A stretch of DNA of 64,000 nucleotides from Candidatus Altimarinota bacterium (GCA_965250085.1 OZ252287.1:1024001-1088000), one strand, 5' to 3'. Positions 1 through 11,854 are shown, counted from the first letter of the stretch. Notes: a model not told the origin generated them from the sequence alone. Numbers and translations are program-made.

Positions 1-861
1 ATTTCATATTCGGGACGAAGTTATGAAATTGCCCCATACACAGTAAACAAGGAGACAGAACAAATTGACATGGATGAAGTGGAGCAGATTGCACTTCAGG
101 AAAACCCCAAGATGATCATCGCTGGATTTTCTGCATATTCACGAGATCTTGATTGGAAGCGATTCCGAGAAATTGCAGATAAAGTGGGTGCTATTTTGAT
201 GGCAGACATAGCTCATATTGCAGGACTCATTGCAGCAGGAGTACTCAGGAATCCATTTGACTATGGCTTTGATGTGGTGACGACGACGACACACAAAACT
301 CTACGGGGCCCTCGTGGCGGTATGATTATGTGTAAGGAAAAATACGCAAAAGCAATTGATAGAGCTGTTTTTCCAGGATTGCAAGGGGGACCGCACGATC
401 ATGTGAATGCTGGGAAAGCGATCTGTTTTCAAGAGATTCTCACTTCTGACTTTCGAAAGTATTCTGAACAAATAGTTGCTAATGCACAAAAACTCGCAGA
501 AGTACTGATAGCTCGAGGGTTTCGAATTTGCTCTGGAGGAACAGACAATCATCTTCTGCTTATTGATCTGACCAATAAAAATGTAACAGGACTGCAGGCA
601 GAAAAAGCACTCGATAACGCAGAAATTACTGTCAATAAGAACACAATTCCCTATGAAACCAGATCACCATTTGATCCTTCTGGCATTCGACTCGGGACTC
701 CAGCGGTCACTACGAGAGGAATGGAAGAAGAAGAAATGGAGAAAATCGGTAACTGGATAGCTGATGTGGTGGAAAACTTTGAAGACACTGCCCTGCATGA
801 AAAAGTGCGGGAAGAAGTCAAAAAATTGGCATTGCAGTTTCCGGTTCCGGGGATTGAGTAA
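1..861 (+). CDS. glyA: Serine hydroxymethyltransferase (5' truncated by window edge)
   Basis: [17 protein letters not shown]-lysine motif, [22 protein letters not shown]; frame is open from base 1. Confidence 0.97.
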   Translation: MSYSGRSYEIAPYTVNKETEQIDMDEVEQIALQENPKMIIAGFSAYSRDLDWKRFREIADKVGAILMADIAHIAGLIAAGVLRNPFDYGFDVVTTTTHKTLRGPRGGMIMCKEKYAKAIDRAVFPGLQGGPHDHVNAGKAICFQEILTSDFRKYSEQIVANAQKLAEVLIARGFRICSGGTDNHLLLIDLTNKNVTGLQAEKALDNAEITVNKNTIPYETRSPFDPSGIRLGTPAVTTRGMEEEEMEKIGNWIADVVENFEDTALHEKVREEVKKLALQFPVPGIE

Positions 862-901
862 GAATTAAGCAATAAGTAGTAAGCCTGTCTACTTGGTATT
901 T

Positions 902-930
902 GTAGAGGAGGGTTTGAAACCCTCCCCTAC
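902..930. repeat. GTAG-type REP-like palindrome
   Basis: GTAGAGGAGGGTTT-G-AAACCCTCCCCTAC; near-perfect inverted repeat with GTAG/CTAC ends, between convergent glyA and recX. Confidence 0.7.
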
Positions 931-1019
931 GAATATGGAATCCTCCGTTGGTCGAAGTCTTTTACGCATATAGATGAGTCTTAAAGTCTCTCATGGAGGA
1001 CTTGCTCCTGCGTCAAAAC

Positions 1020-1490
1020 TTATATTTCTTCCAAAATTTCGAATATCACTCCGCTCGCAAATCCACGAGAAGATAAAAAGCGAAAGAGTTTCTCTTTTTT
1101 CTTCTTTTTTTCTAGGTTCTGAGAAAATGATAAGAGCTTTTGTTTTGCTAATTTTTCAACAGCGGTACGCTCATCCTCATCAGAAATTGTTTCCAGAACT
1201 TCAGAAATAATATCGGCATCTACCCTTTTTCTTTGTAACTCCATCCTCAGGGCAAATCGGCCTCGTGGAGAAGTATTTTGGCGATGGTGGATATACATCT
1301 CTGCAAAGGAGCTATCATCCAGTAGCTTTTGCTCTACACATTCTTGAAGTACGTGTTCAATGATTTCAGGTTGATCCGAAAACTTTTTGAGCAATTTTGC
1401 TTTGAGCTCAAATACTGAATGAGCTCTGAGCGATAAAATCTTGAGTGCTTTGTTTCGTATGCGTTGAAGTGTTTTCTTTTCTTCTGTCAT
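1020..1490 (-). CDS. recX: RecX regulatory protein
   Basis: ALKILSLRAHSVFELKAKL, LLDDSSFA, RGRFALRMELQRKRV, LFRFLSSRGF; start placed at MTEEKK. Confidence 0.9.
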   Translation of the reverse strand: MTEEKKTLQRIRNKALKILSLRAHSVFELKAKLLKKFSDQPEIIEHVLQECVEQKLLDDSSFAEMYIHHRQNTSPRGRFALRMELQRKRVDADIISEVLETISDEDERTAVEKLAKQKLLSFSQNLEKKKKKEKLFRFLSSRGFASGVIFEILEEI

Positions 1491-1523
1491 ATTTTTCTTC
1501 TGAGAATTCTCAGAGAAGAGCAT

Positions 1524-1556
1524 ACCCCTCTCTTATCTCCCCTAAAAGGGGAGAGG
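1524..1556. repeat. Tail-hairpin palindromic element, copy 1
   Basis: ACCCCTCTCTTAT-CTCCCCT-AAA-AGGGGAG; same architecture as copies at 25.0, 30.3, 37.8, 47.3, 47.7 and 52.0-52.3 kb. Confidence 0.7.
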
Positions 1557-2144
1557 CTAATATGATTGAAATTCTGGATCATTTCCAATTTTACTTTCTT
1601 CGGGAAGCTGTTGCCCCTGATATTTAGAAGAAGATTTTTCCCCATATGGCACCTCTGCCGGAGAGCTCATTTGCTCAAAAGCAATCTGACAAATCCTCAT
1701 GTCAGGATAGAGAACAATGGGCATTGTATTAAGATTTGTGATCTCCAGAGTGATCGTACCCTCAAATCCAGCATCAACAAATCCAGCAGTAGAGTGAACT
1801 ACAAGGCCCAATCTTCCCAGAGAGCTTCGACCCTCTACTCGCGCTACGATATCATTGGGGAGCTTAATGCTCTCGAGGGTCACTCCTAAAACAAATTCGC
1901 CAGGTAGAATTTTAAATGGTTCATTTTCTGCAATCTCAACGAGCTGAGTTATATTTTCTGCATTCTGCATTTTTCGTGGATCCAGAATGTCGATTTTTTC
2001 AGGAATGTATTTTTTAAAAAATTTTCCGAGCCGAAGATCCAAAGAAGAGGCATGGACCTGAGAGAGATATTCTTTATGAGGAGAAATTATATGAATATCT
2101 CCAGATGCAATTTTTGCCTTGATATCACGATCAGATAAAATCAT
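1557..2144 (-). CDS. dcd: dCTP deaminase
   Basis: MILSDRDI start, ASSLDLRLG, EGRSSLGRLG, AGFVDAGFEGTITLE, RICQ, KYQGQ. Confidence 0.96.
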   Translation of the reverse strand: MILSDRDIKAKIASGDIHIISPHKEYLSQVHASSLDLRLGKFFKKYIPEKIDILDPRKMQNAENITQLVEIAENEPFKILPGEFVLGVTLESIKLPNDIVARVEGRSSLGRLGLVVHSTAGFVDAGFEGTITLEITNLNTMPIVLYPDMRICQIAFEQMSSPAEVPYGEKSSSKYQGQQLPEESKIGNDPEFQSY

Positions 2145-2244
2145 ATGAGAAATTATAGATTTATAAACGCAAAAAATATCGTGTGACGAAACCATCCGTC
2201 TAAGGGGATTGCACACCCTTTTGAATACGAAGTAAGTATGATAA

Positions 2245-3753
2245 TTATAAAAGTGAAAGCGGACTCTTGGTATATTCCAGATCTCTTTTAGTACGTACAG
2301 AGTCGTTTCTGAGTTGTTCAATACGCATGAGGTAGTCTGTGTTCACATTTCCTGTGCAATATTTGCCATCAAAACACGAGGTATCAAATCCATCAAGCTT
2401 CGGATTTCCTTCTTTTCCAGATGCAATCAGAGCGTCAAGCTTTTGGTAAAACACTCCATCTGCACCGATAAACTTCGCGACCTCATCTTCTGTGAGACCA
2501 TGAGCAATGAGCTCTTGGCGTGAGGGCATGTCAATACCATATACGTTTGGATATCGTACTGGTGGAGCGGCTGAGGCAAAATAAACTTTTTGAGCGCCTA
2601 CCTCACGCGCCATTTGAATAATTTCCTTAGAAGTATTGCCTCGGACAATGGAGTCATCTACCAAGAGGACATTTTTTCCCTTCATTTCAAGTGACACCGC
2701 ATTGAGTTTTTGGCGGATAGATTTTTTACGCATTTCCTGACCAGGCATAATAAACGTACGACCAATGTATCTGTTTTTAATAAATCCTTCCCTATATTTT
2801 GCCCCAAACCTATGAGCCACTTCAAGTGCAGCCGTACGTCCAGAGTCGGGAATAGGAATCACGACATCAACATCCTTTTTTTTGAGTTTTTTTAAGATCT
2901 TTTTTGCTAAGAATTGACCCATCCTGAGTCTGGTTTTATACACAGAAATTCCGTCAATGATAGAGTCGGGACGAGCAAGATAAACATGCTCAAAGATGCA
3001 GGGCATATATTTTGTTTTCTTTGCACAAATGGCACTTTCATACTCTTCTGATCCGAATGGGAAAAAGACACACTCTCCAGGCAAAACATCTCGGATCACT
3101 TCAAATTCTAAAGCATCAAGTGCAACACTTTCAGAAGCGACCATGTAGTCAATTCCACGAGATGTTTCACGTTTTCCAAAAATAAGCGGGCGAATAGCAT
3201 GTGGATCACGAAATGCAATGATGCCATGTCCACCAATGAGTGCGACACATGCATATGCACCATTACATCGTTTATTGAGTCTTGTAACAGCTGAAAAAAT
3301 ATCTTTTGCGGATAATTCAATATTTTTTCTTTGTTCCAGCTCATGAGCCAAAATATTAAGCAAAATTTCAGAGTCTGAACTCGTGTTCAAATGCCTTCTA
3401 TCTTTTTCAAATATTTCTTTTGCCAGACCATCAGCATTGATGAGGTTCCCATTATGCGCAAGAGCAATACCGAATGGCGCATTTACATAAAAAGGTTGTG
3501 CTTCCATAGGAGAAGCGCAACCAGCTGTTGGGTATCGCACATGACCAATGCCAGCCATGCCAGCAAGCTTTTTCATATGGCGAGTCCGAATGACGTCTCT
3601 CAAGAGACCATTGTCTTTGTGTAAGTGGAACTTACCATCAAATGTAGCGGCACCAGCGGCATCCTGCCCTCTGTGCTGGAGAGTCGTCAATGCATCAAAA
3701 ATATCCTGATTGACTGGATATTCGCTGTTAACAAGACCAACAATACCGCACAT
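2245..3753 (-). CDS. purF: Amidophosphoribosyltransferase
   Basis: N-terminal MCGIVG (Ntn Cys), LQHRGQDAAG, HNGNL, VDDSIVRGNT PRPP motif. Confidence 0.98.
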   Translation of the reverse strand: MCGIVGLVNSEYPVNQDIFDALTTLQHRGQDAAGAATFDGKFHLHKDNGLLRDVIRTRHMKKLAGMAGIGHVRYPTAGCASPMEAQPFYVNAPFGIALAHNGNLINADGLAKEIFEKDRRHLNTSSDSEILLNILAHELEQRKNIELSAKDIFSAVTRLNKRCNGAYACVALIGGHGIIAFRDPHAIRPLIFGKRETSRGIDYMVASESVALDALEFEVIRDVLPGECVFFPFGSEEYESAICAKKTKYMPCIFEHVYLARPDSIIDGISVYKTRLRMGQFLAKKILKKLKKKDVDVVIPIPDSGRTAALEVAHRFGAKYREGFIKNRYIGRTFIMPGQEMRKKSIRQKLNAVSLEMKGKNVLLVDDSIVRGNTSKEIIQMAREVGAQKVYFASAAPPVRYPNVYGIDMPSRQELIAHGLTEDEVAKFIGADGVFYQKLDALIASGKEGNPKLDGFDTSCFDGKYCTGNVNTDYLMRIEQLRNDSVRTKRDLEYTKSPLSLL

Positions 3754-3847
3754 AGCGATAAAAAAAGTATGTTCATTGTGGAGGAAAGATCAGAAAAGAT
3801 CAATTTTTTTGTGGAGAACTTTTTTTAGGATTTGCGCCAAAAGAGGA

Positions 3848-3876
3848 TTGTAATAATGCTATTATTATGTTATAAT
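3848..3876 (+). promoter_or_regulatory. Sigma70-type promoter
   Basis: TTGTAA-17bp-TATAAT with extended -10 TG, upstream of ORF 3901. Confidence 0.65.
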
Positions 3877-3900
3877 AAACATATAAACAAATATAAATAA

Positions 3901-4422
3901 ATGGAAAATATCAATGCTTCGTCAAAAGAAAATGATCAAAATGCTCCTCCTAATAGGAGCGAAAAAATAGCTGAATCTTCTCTTTTAACAGGAATACGCC
4001 TTGATTCCCTGCAAGAAAGTATTGAGGAAAATAATTTTAGAGAAACTCTCAAAACAGATTTCCTGCCTATATTACAAGCCCTTATTGCTCTTCGAGGCAA
4101 AGGAATAAAAGGAGCTCTTTTTGGGGTAAGAAATGGTCCCCTAGGGAGATATTTAGAAAAGATAGAAAGGATAGAAAAAAAATATAAAAACCTTAGAGAA
4201 GTTCCAAAAGATTCAAATATTTTATCAAAAGAAACACAAATCTTAGCGCGCATGGTGATAAGTGATATTCCTTTTGTAGTAAGCGCGTTTTATGAATGTG
4301 GAAAAATTTTAACACCAGAATATAAATCCAAATCAGGCATCAAAATACGCCAACAATTAGCAATATTGGAAGAAATTGAAGAACAAGCCAATCTTATCTT
4401 GCAAGTAAAAGTGCAGGAATAA
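3901..4422 (+). CDS. Hypothetical protein (AT-rich)
   Basis: 173-aa ORF with a clear promoter; no motif recognised. Confidence 0.65.
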   Translation: MENINASSKENDQNAPPNRSEKIAESSLLTGIRLDSLQESIEENNFRETLKTDFLPILQALIALRGKGIKGALFGVRNGPLGRYLEKIERIEKKYKNLREVPKDSNILSKETQILARMVISDIPFVVSAFYECGKILTPEYKSKSGIKIRQQLAILEEIEEQANLILQVKVQE

Positions 4423-4522
4423 GTGAACTATTTTTGATACTTCCAAAAGGGGACTGGTTCAATATTCCCCTTCCAAAAGCTCTTATTTTCTGCTATAATA
4501 GGAAGATTTTTAGAGCATTTTT

Positions 4523-4807
4523 GTGGAATCACCATCTGCTGCTTGGCACGGGAAAACTCATATGACTTCTGCACAAAGAAAAAGAATGAGAAAAAACATT
4601 GTTGCAGGAGGGAAAAAAGCAGATCAAATAAGAGAAATGTCCAAACATCACCATGAGTTACATGAAATCCCACATGCAGAAAAAATAATAGAAAATGCAC
4701 TTCAAAACATCTCTGAAGAGCAAAATACAGAATCTCCTTCACTCCCAAGCAATCACCACACAAAAAACTCTTTTTTTAAACGACTCAAACAGTTTTTTCT
4801 TCCGTAA
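4523..4807 (+). CDS. Hypothetical small basic protein (start may be 4562)
   Basis: Follows a TGnTATAAT promoter at 4491-4499; first of four closely spaced + strand genes. Confidence 0.55.
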   Translation: MESPSAAWHGKTHMTSAQRKRMRKNIVAGGKKADQIREMSKHHHELHEIPHAEKIIENALQNISEEQNTESPSLPSNHHTKNSFFKRLKQFFLP

Positions 4808-4814
4808 TGTCATC

Positions 4815-5114
4815 ATGATCAATACGCAAAAACTCGTCGAATATATAGAATCTGCCCCATTTCCACGGACAGAAAGAGATCGCTTGATTACCTTGGCATG
4901 CGTAGCAGATGAAGAGCACCAACGCCATATTTATCTTCTTGTGAAAAAGTTTGCGGAACGAGTTAAAAATTCCTCCTCCCTCAGAAAAGCTCAACAAATT
5001 CGTCAAAAGGGAAAAGAAATTCGAAGATTTATGCATAAAAAAGCTGAAGAAATTTATGGTGCAGTTGAAAATAATCAATTACAGAATTTAGAACTTACGA
5101 TGAATTCTTTTTAA
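4815..5114 (+). CDS. Hypothetical small helical protein
   Basis: MINTQKLVEYIESAPF...; 7-8 bp spacing to its neighbours. Confidence 0.65.
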   Translation: MINTQKLVEYIESAPFPRTERDRLITLACVADEEHQRHIYLLVKKFAERVKNSSSLRKAQQIRQKGKEIRRFMHKKAEEIYGAVENNQLQNLELTMNSF

Positions 5115-5122
5115 TTTCTCTT

Positions 5123-6283
5123 ATGCCAGAAGCACAAAATCAACCGGTAGACGCAGGTCTTGATAACGCGAAACAAGCTCTAGAGGAGAATAAGGAGTCA
5201 TCTATTCAAGATTTTGAGAGTGTGAAACAAGGAGTTCTGCATGGAATAGAAAAAGATAAAAGCGAAATATCAAAGCTTCTTCAAGGACTTGAAGAAAATC
5301 CCGAAGCATTACAAGAGTGGGAGACATTTGTACAAAATGATCTTCCAAAGCATATTGCCGAAATAGAGGCCTTACAAAAATCAGAAGATGAAGGAGTGCT
5401 GTCTGGTTTGAAGGTTGCAATAGAGCAATTGGAAGCATCTTGGCAAACACATCAAGCGGTTGCTCAAGAAAGTTCTCATGGGCTGTACGTAAAATCAGAA
5501 AAATATCTAGAGAATACTGCAAAATTTAATGAGCAGATTGACGCTGGACTTGAAAAGAAGCCAATTATGGTAGCTCTTTTTAAAATGATCTCAAAGATGA
5601 TCGGAAAAGATTTTGATGAACTCATTCGTGAACCAGGTTTTATCGGTGATATAGCAAGAGGATTTTTCGAAATGAAAGAGGTAGAGGGTTCTCCAGTCAT
5701 GTCAGAAGACCTCAAAAATAATTTAAAAAAAATGATAAATACTGAAAACGGTGAACCTCTGAGTAATACCATTGACGGAAGTGCAAGCAATGATCCACAA
5801 GTCGCCAACATGCTCGCAGACTTGGGGAAAAGATTTTCTGACTCTACCAAAGGAGAAACCATTTCCGTTGTGGACTCCAAAACATATGGAATATCTTCTC
5901 AGGATCAAAAAAATGCAGGAAAAACTGCTGGAGTAGCAACTCTCCAAGTTTCTAATGCGAATCAAGCTGCGGCAGTTATATTATTTGCACAAAAACGATC
6001 AAAGGATTTGGGAAAAGCTCTTAATGAACGCATCCAAATGGATGGAGAACTCGGACAAGCTCTCAAGGGGTCACTCAAAGATTTAACAAGCTCTGATGTT
6101 AATAAGTATGCGCAAACATATCAGAAAGGCTATCCTGACAATGTAACCGCAAGATATAAAGGCGGTAGTAAAAATGGAGGACATTATGTTCAAGTGCGCT
6201 GGTATACGGATGGTGTCCTAGAACAAAATGAAGATGATACTGATGAGGAATCACCTCAAACTGAAACGAATGAAACCAAATAA
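5123..6283 (+). CDS. Hypothetical coiled-coil protein
   Basis: 386-aa ORF, operon-like spacing, acidic helical N-terminus. Confidence 0.75.
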   Translation: MPEAQNQPVDAGLDNAKQALEENKESSIQDFESVKQGVLHGIEKDKSEISKLLQGLEENPEALQEWETFVQNDLPKHIAEIEALQKSEDEGVLSGLKVAIEQLEASWQTHQAVAQESSHGLYVKSEKYLENTAKFNEQIDAGLEKKPIMVALFKMISKMIGKDFDELIREPGFIGDIARGFFEMKEVEGSPVMSEDLKNNLKKMINTENGEPLSNTIDGSASNDPQVANMLADLGKRFSDSTKGETISVVDSKTYGISSQDQKNAGKTAGVATLQVSNANQAAAVILFAQKRSKDLGKALNERIQMDGELGQALKGSLKDLTSSDVNKYAQTYQKGYPDNVTARYKGGSKNGGHYVQVRWYTDGVLEQNEDDTDEESPQTETNETK

Positions 6284-6294
6284 TAATCCTTTTT

Positions 6295-7638
6295 ATGTCT
6301 CTTGATACTACTCCGACGCCGGCTCCAGAAAATGATCTTGAGGGAACTCGCAGAGAAGCACAAAGTGCTCTGTCTGCAGCAAGGGAATCTCGCGAAAAAG
6401 AGGTTCAGAATATGGGCATCAATACATTCCTTCGAAAATCTCTCAATGAAAAACTTACTGCGCTTACAAATCCTCCCTGTCTGCCCGAGTCGCTCACAGA
6501 AGATATGACACTGCGATTTGATTTTTATAACAATACACCTCTCGAAAGGCAAATAAGCTTGGCAGACGTGATGCCACCTGAAGTGAGAGAGGTGATGACT
6601 ACTCAAAAGAACGAAGAACTCAAAGGAACACGCCGTGGGAACACTGGGGAATTTTATAATGCAGAAACTGGTGAACGGTTAAAAATCTTTACCGGCACTG
6701 AAGTCCAAATTTGTAAAATAGACGAGACCCAAGTAGTTCAAATCACAGAAGAGCAAATTGCGACGTATTTGTCCTCACCAGCAGAACAAAATGCAGAGCA
6801 GATTGAAGAACAAAAAAATATAATTCAACTCGCTCTTGAAAAGGGGATCGATCCTCAATTTATTTTGGCCTTACAACAAGTAGAAAATGGAAGAGCTCAG
6901 AGAGCTTTTGGAGTAATGCTCGAAGGAATTGATGATCCTGAATTGCAACTTATAATGGCTATAAAAATCATCGGAAGATATGAAGGTCAATTTGCACGAG
7001 CATATCCAAATATTCCGATTCGAGATAATGATGAAAAGTATACTCCTCAAGCGCTTGCATATTTTTCCGGAAGATATGCTCCAGTAAGCGTGGAAAATGA
7101 TCCTGAAAATCTTAATAAAAATCATCTTCCAAATCTTGCGAATATTTATGGGCAAACCGATGGATCATATACTGCAAATGCACAGGAATTCCTCGCACAA
7201 TATAATGAGAGATTCCGTTCATTCAATGAACCACTAAAACAAGTAACTGCCGATGAAGTGTTACAAGCCGCCCATCGTTATGAAGGACGATCTTATGAAT
7301 GGGGTGGAGAAGGAAGATCTCAAGGGGGAATTGATTGTTCAGGGCTTGTAATACAAGCACTGCGAGATACAGGAGCTATATCTCCAAATTGTGATGCAGG
7401 AGCAGCGTACATTTTTGATATCGCACAAAAAATCCCTCCCATGGAAGGAGAAGAAGGGAACATGCTTTTTTGGGATACACCTGGAAAAGGGATTACCCAT
7501 GTTGCTATTATTGAAAAAAATTTAGGAAATGGAAACTATCTAGTGTTTGATTCTTCTAGAACAACAGGAAGAGTGACAACAAGAGTGGTTCAAGCTGATA
7601 ATATTCACAAAGTCGGGATCCTTCCCCATATTGCTTAA
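6295..7638 (+). CDS. NlpC/P60 peptidoglycan endopeptidase with central lysozyme-like domain
   Basis: C-terminal YEWGG...GIDCSGLV...ITHVAI; central GIDPQFILALQQVENG...RYAP segment resembles an SLT/lysozyme-fold domain. Confidence 0.85.
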   Translation: MSLDTTPTPAPENDLEGTRREAQSALSAARESREKEVQNMGINTFLRKSLNEKLTALTNPPCLPESLTEDMTLRFDFYNNTPLERQISLADVMPPEVREVMTTQKNEELKGTRRGNTGEFYNAETGERLKIFTGTEVQICKIDETQVVQITEEQIATYLSSPAEQNAEQIEEQKNIIQLALEKGIDPQFILALQQVENGRAQRAFGVMLEGIDDPELQLIMAIKIIGRYEGQFARAYPNIPIRDNDEKYTPQALAYFSGRYAPVSVENDPENLNKNHLPNLANIYGQTDGSYTANAQEFLAQYNERFRSFNEPLKQVTADEVLQAAHRYEGRSYEWGGEGRSQGGIDCSGLVIQALRDTGAISPNCDAGAAYIFDIAQKIPPMEGEEGNMLFWDTPGKGITHVAIIEKNLGNGNYLVFDSSRTTGRVTTRVVQADNIHKVGILPHIA

Positions 7639-7640
7639 AA

Positions 7641-9002
<1,362 letters not shown>

Positions 9003-9220
9003 TTATAAGCATACGAAGGGACAAAAATTCCTTGCAGATTTTTCAAAATCTGAGGAAATATAGAAGTCATAAAAATAGAGTTCTCAACTATATTTTCATA
9101 TGTTTATTATTCCTTCAAAAAAGACACAACCCTCCAAAGGAGTCTCTCCAACTGTGATTTTTTTCACGATTTTTCGAGAGATATGCTACCATTTCCCCCG
9201 TATCCTTTTATCCCTTTTTC

Positions 9221-9832
9221 ATGAAACCATTAAAGGCGCAACAATATTTTGCGGAGTTAATAGGCACGTTTGCCCTTACTTTCGCTGTTACACTTTCTCT
9301 TACAACGAATTTGCCATTGGCAACACCTCTTATAGCAGGTCTTACTCTTGGGCTTTTTGTTTACACTATTGGTGACATTAGTGGTGCACATATTAATCCC
9401 GCAGTAACACTTTCCATGCTCGGTCTTGGAAAAATTGATGTCCGAGACACTATTTTTTATATTATTTTCCAAGTACTCGGAGCATATCTCGCAATGCTCT
9501 TTGCAGAATATCTCATTCCTGGAGGCCTTTCTGGAGCAGGGTTAGTATTTGATGACACAGCGCCAATCGCTCTTGCGGAGGCACTCGGAGTATTTGTCCT
9601 TGTCTTCGGAATATCTGCTGTAGTATTTAAAAAAGTGAATGCTGGAGCTGCAGGGCTGGTGGTAGGAGGATCGCTTCTTTTGGGAATACTTCTCACAGGA
9701 GGAGCTTCTCATGGAGTTCTCAATCCTGCTGTAGCATTTGGACTCGGATCTCGATCACTCATCTATGTTCTGGGACCTGTTATTGGAGGATTTTTGGGAG
9801 CACAGGTGTACGCATACCTCAAAAGCAAATAA
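9221..9832 (+). CDS. MIP family channel (aquaporin)
   Basis: SGAHINPAVT and VLNPAVA NPA motifs; about six TM helices. Confidence 0.93.
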   Translation: MKPLKAQQYFAELIGTFALTFAVTLSLTTNLPLATPLIAGLTLGLFVYTIGDISGAHINPAVTLSMLGLGKIDVRDTIFYIIFQVLGAYLAMLFAEYLIPGGLSGAGLVFDDTAPIALAEALGVFVLVFGISAVVFKKVNAGAAGLVVGGSLLLGILLTGGASHGVLNPAVAFGLGSRSLIYVLGPVIGGFLGAQVYAYLKSK

Positions 9833-9851
9833 GTCTTTATTTATTTTTCAT

Positions 9852-9882
9852 AAAAAGGAGGGTGTAAAAGTCCCTCTTTTTT
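9852..9882. terminator. Bidirectional intrinsic terminator
   Basis: AAAAAGGAGGG...CCCTCTTTTTT between convergent genes. Confidence 0.6.
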
Positions 9883-9904
9883 AGCATATGAAACATTATT
9901 GACT

Positions 9905-10612
9905 TTATACAGACTCTTTTCTTTGCAAGAGATCAAAGAATCTACATATGTTATCCCACAGCATTCCAAAAAGGATTTCTTGATCACAATCCTCAAGTAC
10001 CAATGTGATATTTTCGAACCAATCCTTCCTTAAAGCTCTTAATGCAGAACGAACTACTACCATATTTCTTTCAAAATCAATAGATGCTGGCTCAGCATTT
10101 GTATGCGGGAACATTGTATGAAGAGGAAATGCCAGTCTTTTCGCTGGGGGTATAGTCGACTTCCCGTTGTTCCAACCTTTATGCGCGGTTTTTAAAATAC
10201 CTAAAATTCTTTTTCTGAATACTTCCTTTTTCTCCTTTATCGTAGAGGGCCAGAGTACACCATCCCAATCAAAACCTGCCTCATCAAGGGAGAGTGCATG
10301 AATCAAACTCTTCACACCCGCTTTCTGTAAATCGCATACGCGAGCTCCAGAACTTGTGATAATTTCTCTTCTTCCTGAAGCCTTAAAAATTTTACTCGCA
10401 TAGTCAAAAGGATCATGACCCGATCGATTTGTTGATAAGTTTTTTATCCTTTCTTCGAGAGTCCCGTCAGCAACACTCCTACTAGAAGATCGAGAGATTA
10501 CCAGGGAATCTACACCACGTATAGGAAATTCTCCACTACGAAGAGTTACTGAAGACCCCGAATTACTTACCGTTTTTGTAATATTCAAGGCGCAAGATAG
10601 AATTTCACCCAT
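9905..10612 (-). CDS. Hypothetical protein, probable degenerate macro-domain fold
   Basis: GEFPIRGVDSLV, IITSSG, KSLIHALS, RLAFPL and ITLVL follow macrodomain motif order; NAAN and GGG motifs absent. Confidence 0.55.
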   Translation of the reverse strand: MGEILSCALNITKTVSNSGSSVTLRSGEFPIRGVDSLVISRSSSRSVADGTLEERIKNLSTNRSGHDPFDYASKIFKASGRREIITSSGARVCDLQKAGVKSLIHALSLDEAGFDWDGVLWPSTIKEKKEVFRKRILGILKTAHKGWNNGKSTIPPAKRLAFPLHTMFPHTNAEPASIDFERNMVVVRSALRALRKDWFENITLVLEDCDQEILFGMLWDNICRFFDLLQRKESV

Positions 10613-10642
10613 ATAAACTTAAAAGAAACTCATTATAATATT

Positions 10643-11854
10643 TTATATTTCTTTGTCAATAAATATATTTTCAGCATCCTGAAGTTCTTCCACAAGAGCA
10701 TCAATATCACTCAGGTCGTTATATATCCAAAAACTTGCTCTTACAGAACCATGTGCGAGTTTTAGAAATTGGTGAGCAGGCTCTGCACAGTGCAAACCAC
10801 TGCGGACACAAATATTTTTGGTATCCAAAAACTGAGCGAGATCATGAGGATGGATTTTTGGATGGAAAAAAGAAATGACACCTGCTCTCTTTTTTGGATC
10901 ATGCGGACCGATAACCCTAAGATCTGGAAGCTTTTTCGCAAACACTTCCAGTGCATGCGCCATAAGCTCTTGATCGTGCGCTTGTATTTTTTGTCTTCCT
11001 GTTTTTTCCAAAAAATCACATGCAACTCCAAGTCCAACTGCTTCTGCAAGAGCCGGTGTGCCGGCTTCAAATCGCTCCGGAGGGAGAAGTGGTATAAATT
11101 TCTCTAGAGAGACAGCATCCACCATATCTCCCCCCAAAAGAAGTGGAGGGAGTTGCTCTAGAAGTTCTTTTTTGCAATACAGTCCTCCAGTACCTCCTGT
11201 TGCCCCCATTTTATGTCCGGTAAAAAATGCCGCATCTACTCCAAGCTCAGCAAAATTTATAGGAAGTTTTGGTGCACTCTGACAAGCATCTAAAAATGTT
11301 TTCGCACCATATGTTTTTGCAAGTTTGGCTATTTCCTGCACTGGAAAAATCTGCCCGGTAACATTTGAAACATGCGGGAAGGTGATAATTTTTGTCTTTG
11401 AAGTGACCAGTTTTTCAAAATCTTCCACAGTAAACACTCCATCCACATCTGGGGTTACAAACTTGAGGACAATTCCGTTCTCATCTCTAAGTCGCATCCA
11501 AGGAAGCAAATTAGCATGATGTTCGGCAATTGTAAGCATGACCTCATTACCTTTTTGTAAAAATTGTGCTCCAAAAGAATGTGCAAAGAGATTGGCGGCT
11601 TCTGTTCCATTTTTGGTAAAAACTATTTCTTCTTTTTTCACTCCAAAAAATGAAGCCACTTTTTGTCGTGCTTCATCGTACAACTTCGTTGCCTCTAGAG
11701 AGAGGGAATACATGCCACGATGAATATTGGCATATTTTGTTTCATGTATCTCTCGCACGGCATCAAGGACTACTTTTGGCTTCTGAGCAGATGCTGCAGA
11801 GTCCAGGAAGATAAGATCTGGGTGGGCTGAGAAGATGGGAAAGAGGTTTTTCAT
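10643..11854 (-). CDS. sufS: Cysteine desulfurase SufS
   Basis: FLDSAASAQKP, YANIHRG, FTGHKMG, RFEAGTP, VRSGLHCA. Confidence 0.95.
   Translation of the reverse strand: MKNLFPIFSAHPDLIFLDSAASAQKPKVVLDAVREIHETKYANIHRGMYSLSLEATKLYDEARQKVASFFGVKKEEIVFTKNGTEAANLFAHSFGAQFLQKGNEVMLTIAEHHANLLPWMRLRDENGIVLKFVTPDVDGVFTVEDFEKLVTSKTKIITFPHVSNVTGQIFPVQEIAKLAKTYGAKTFLDACQSAPKLPINFAELGVDAAFFTGHKMGATGGTGGLYCKKELLEQLPPLLLGGDMVDAVSLEKFIPLLPPERFEAGTPALAEAVGLGVACDFLEKTGRQKIQAHDQELMAHALEVFAKKLPDLRVIGPHDPKKRAGVISFFHPKIHPHDLAQFLDTKNICVRSGLHCAEPAHQFLKLAHGSVRASFWIYNDLSDIDALVEELQDAENIFIDKEI

Noticed and set aside
1557-2321. Extended N-termini given by the ORF track (dcd, sufC, rplA, tig, valS, glyA2, prmC)
   Set aside because: The extensions are low-complexity or overlap neighbours; family homology starts at the downstream ATGs used in the feature list.
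4448-4473. AAGGGGACTGG..TTCCCCTT hairpin as another element copy
   Set aside because: Stem polarity is reversed (G arm first), there is no tail, and it is a single copy; more likely the terminator of ORF 3901.
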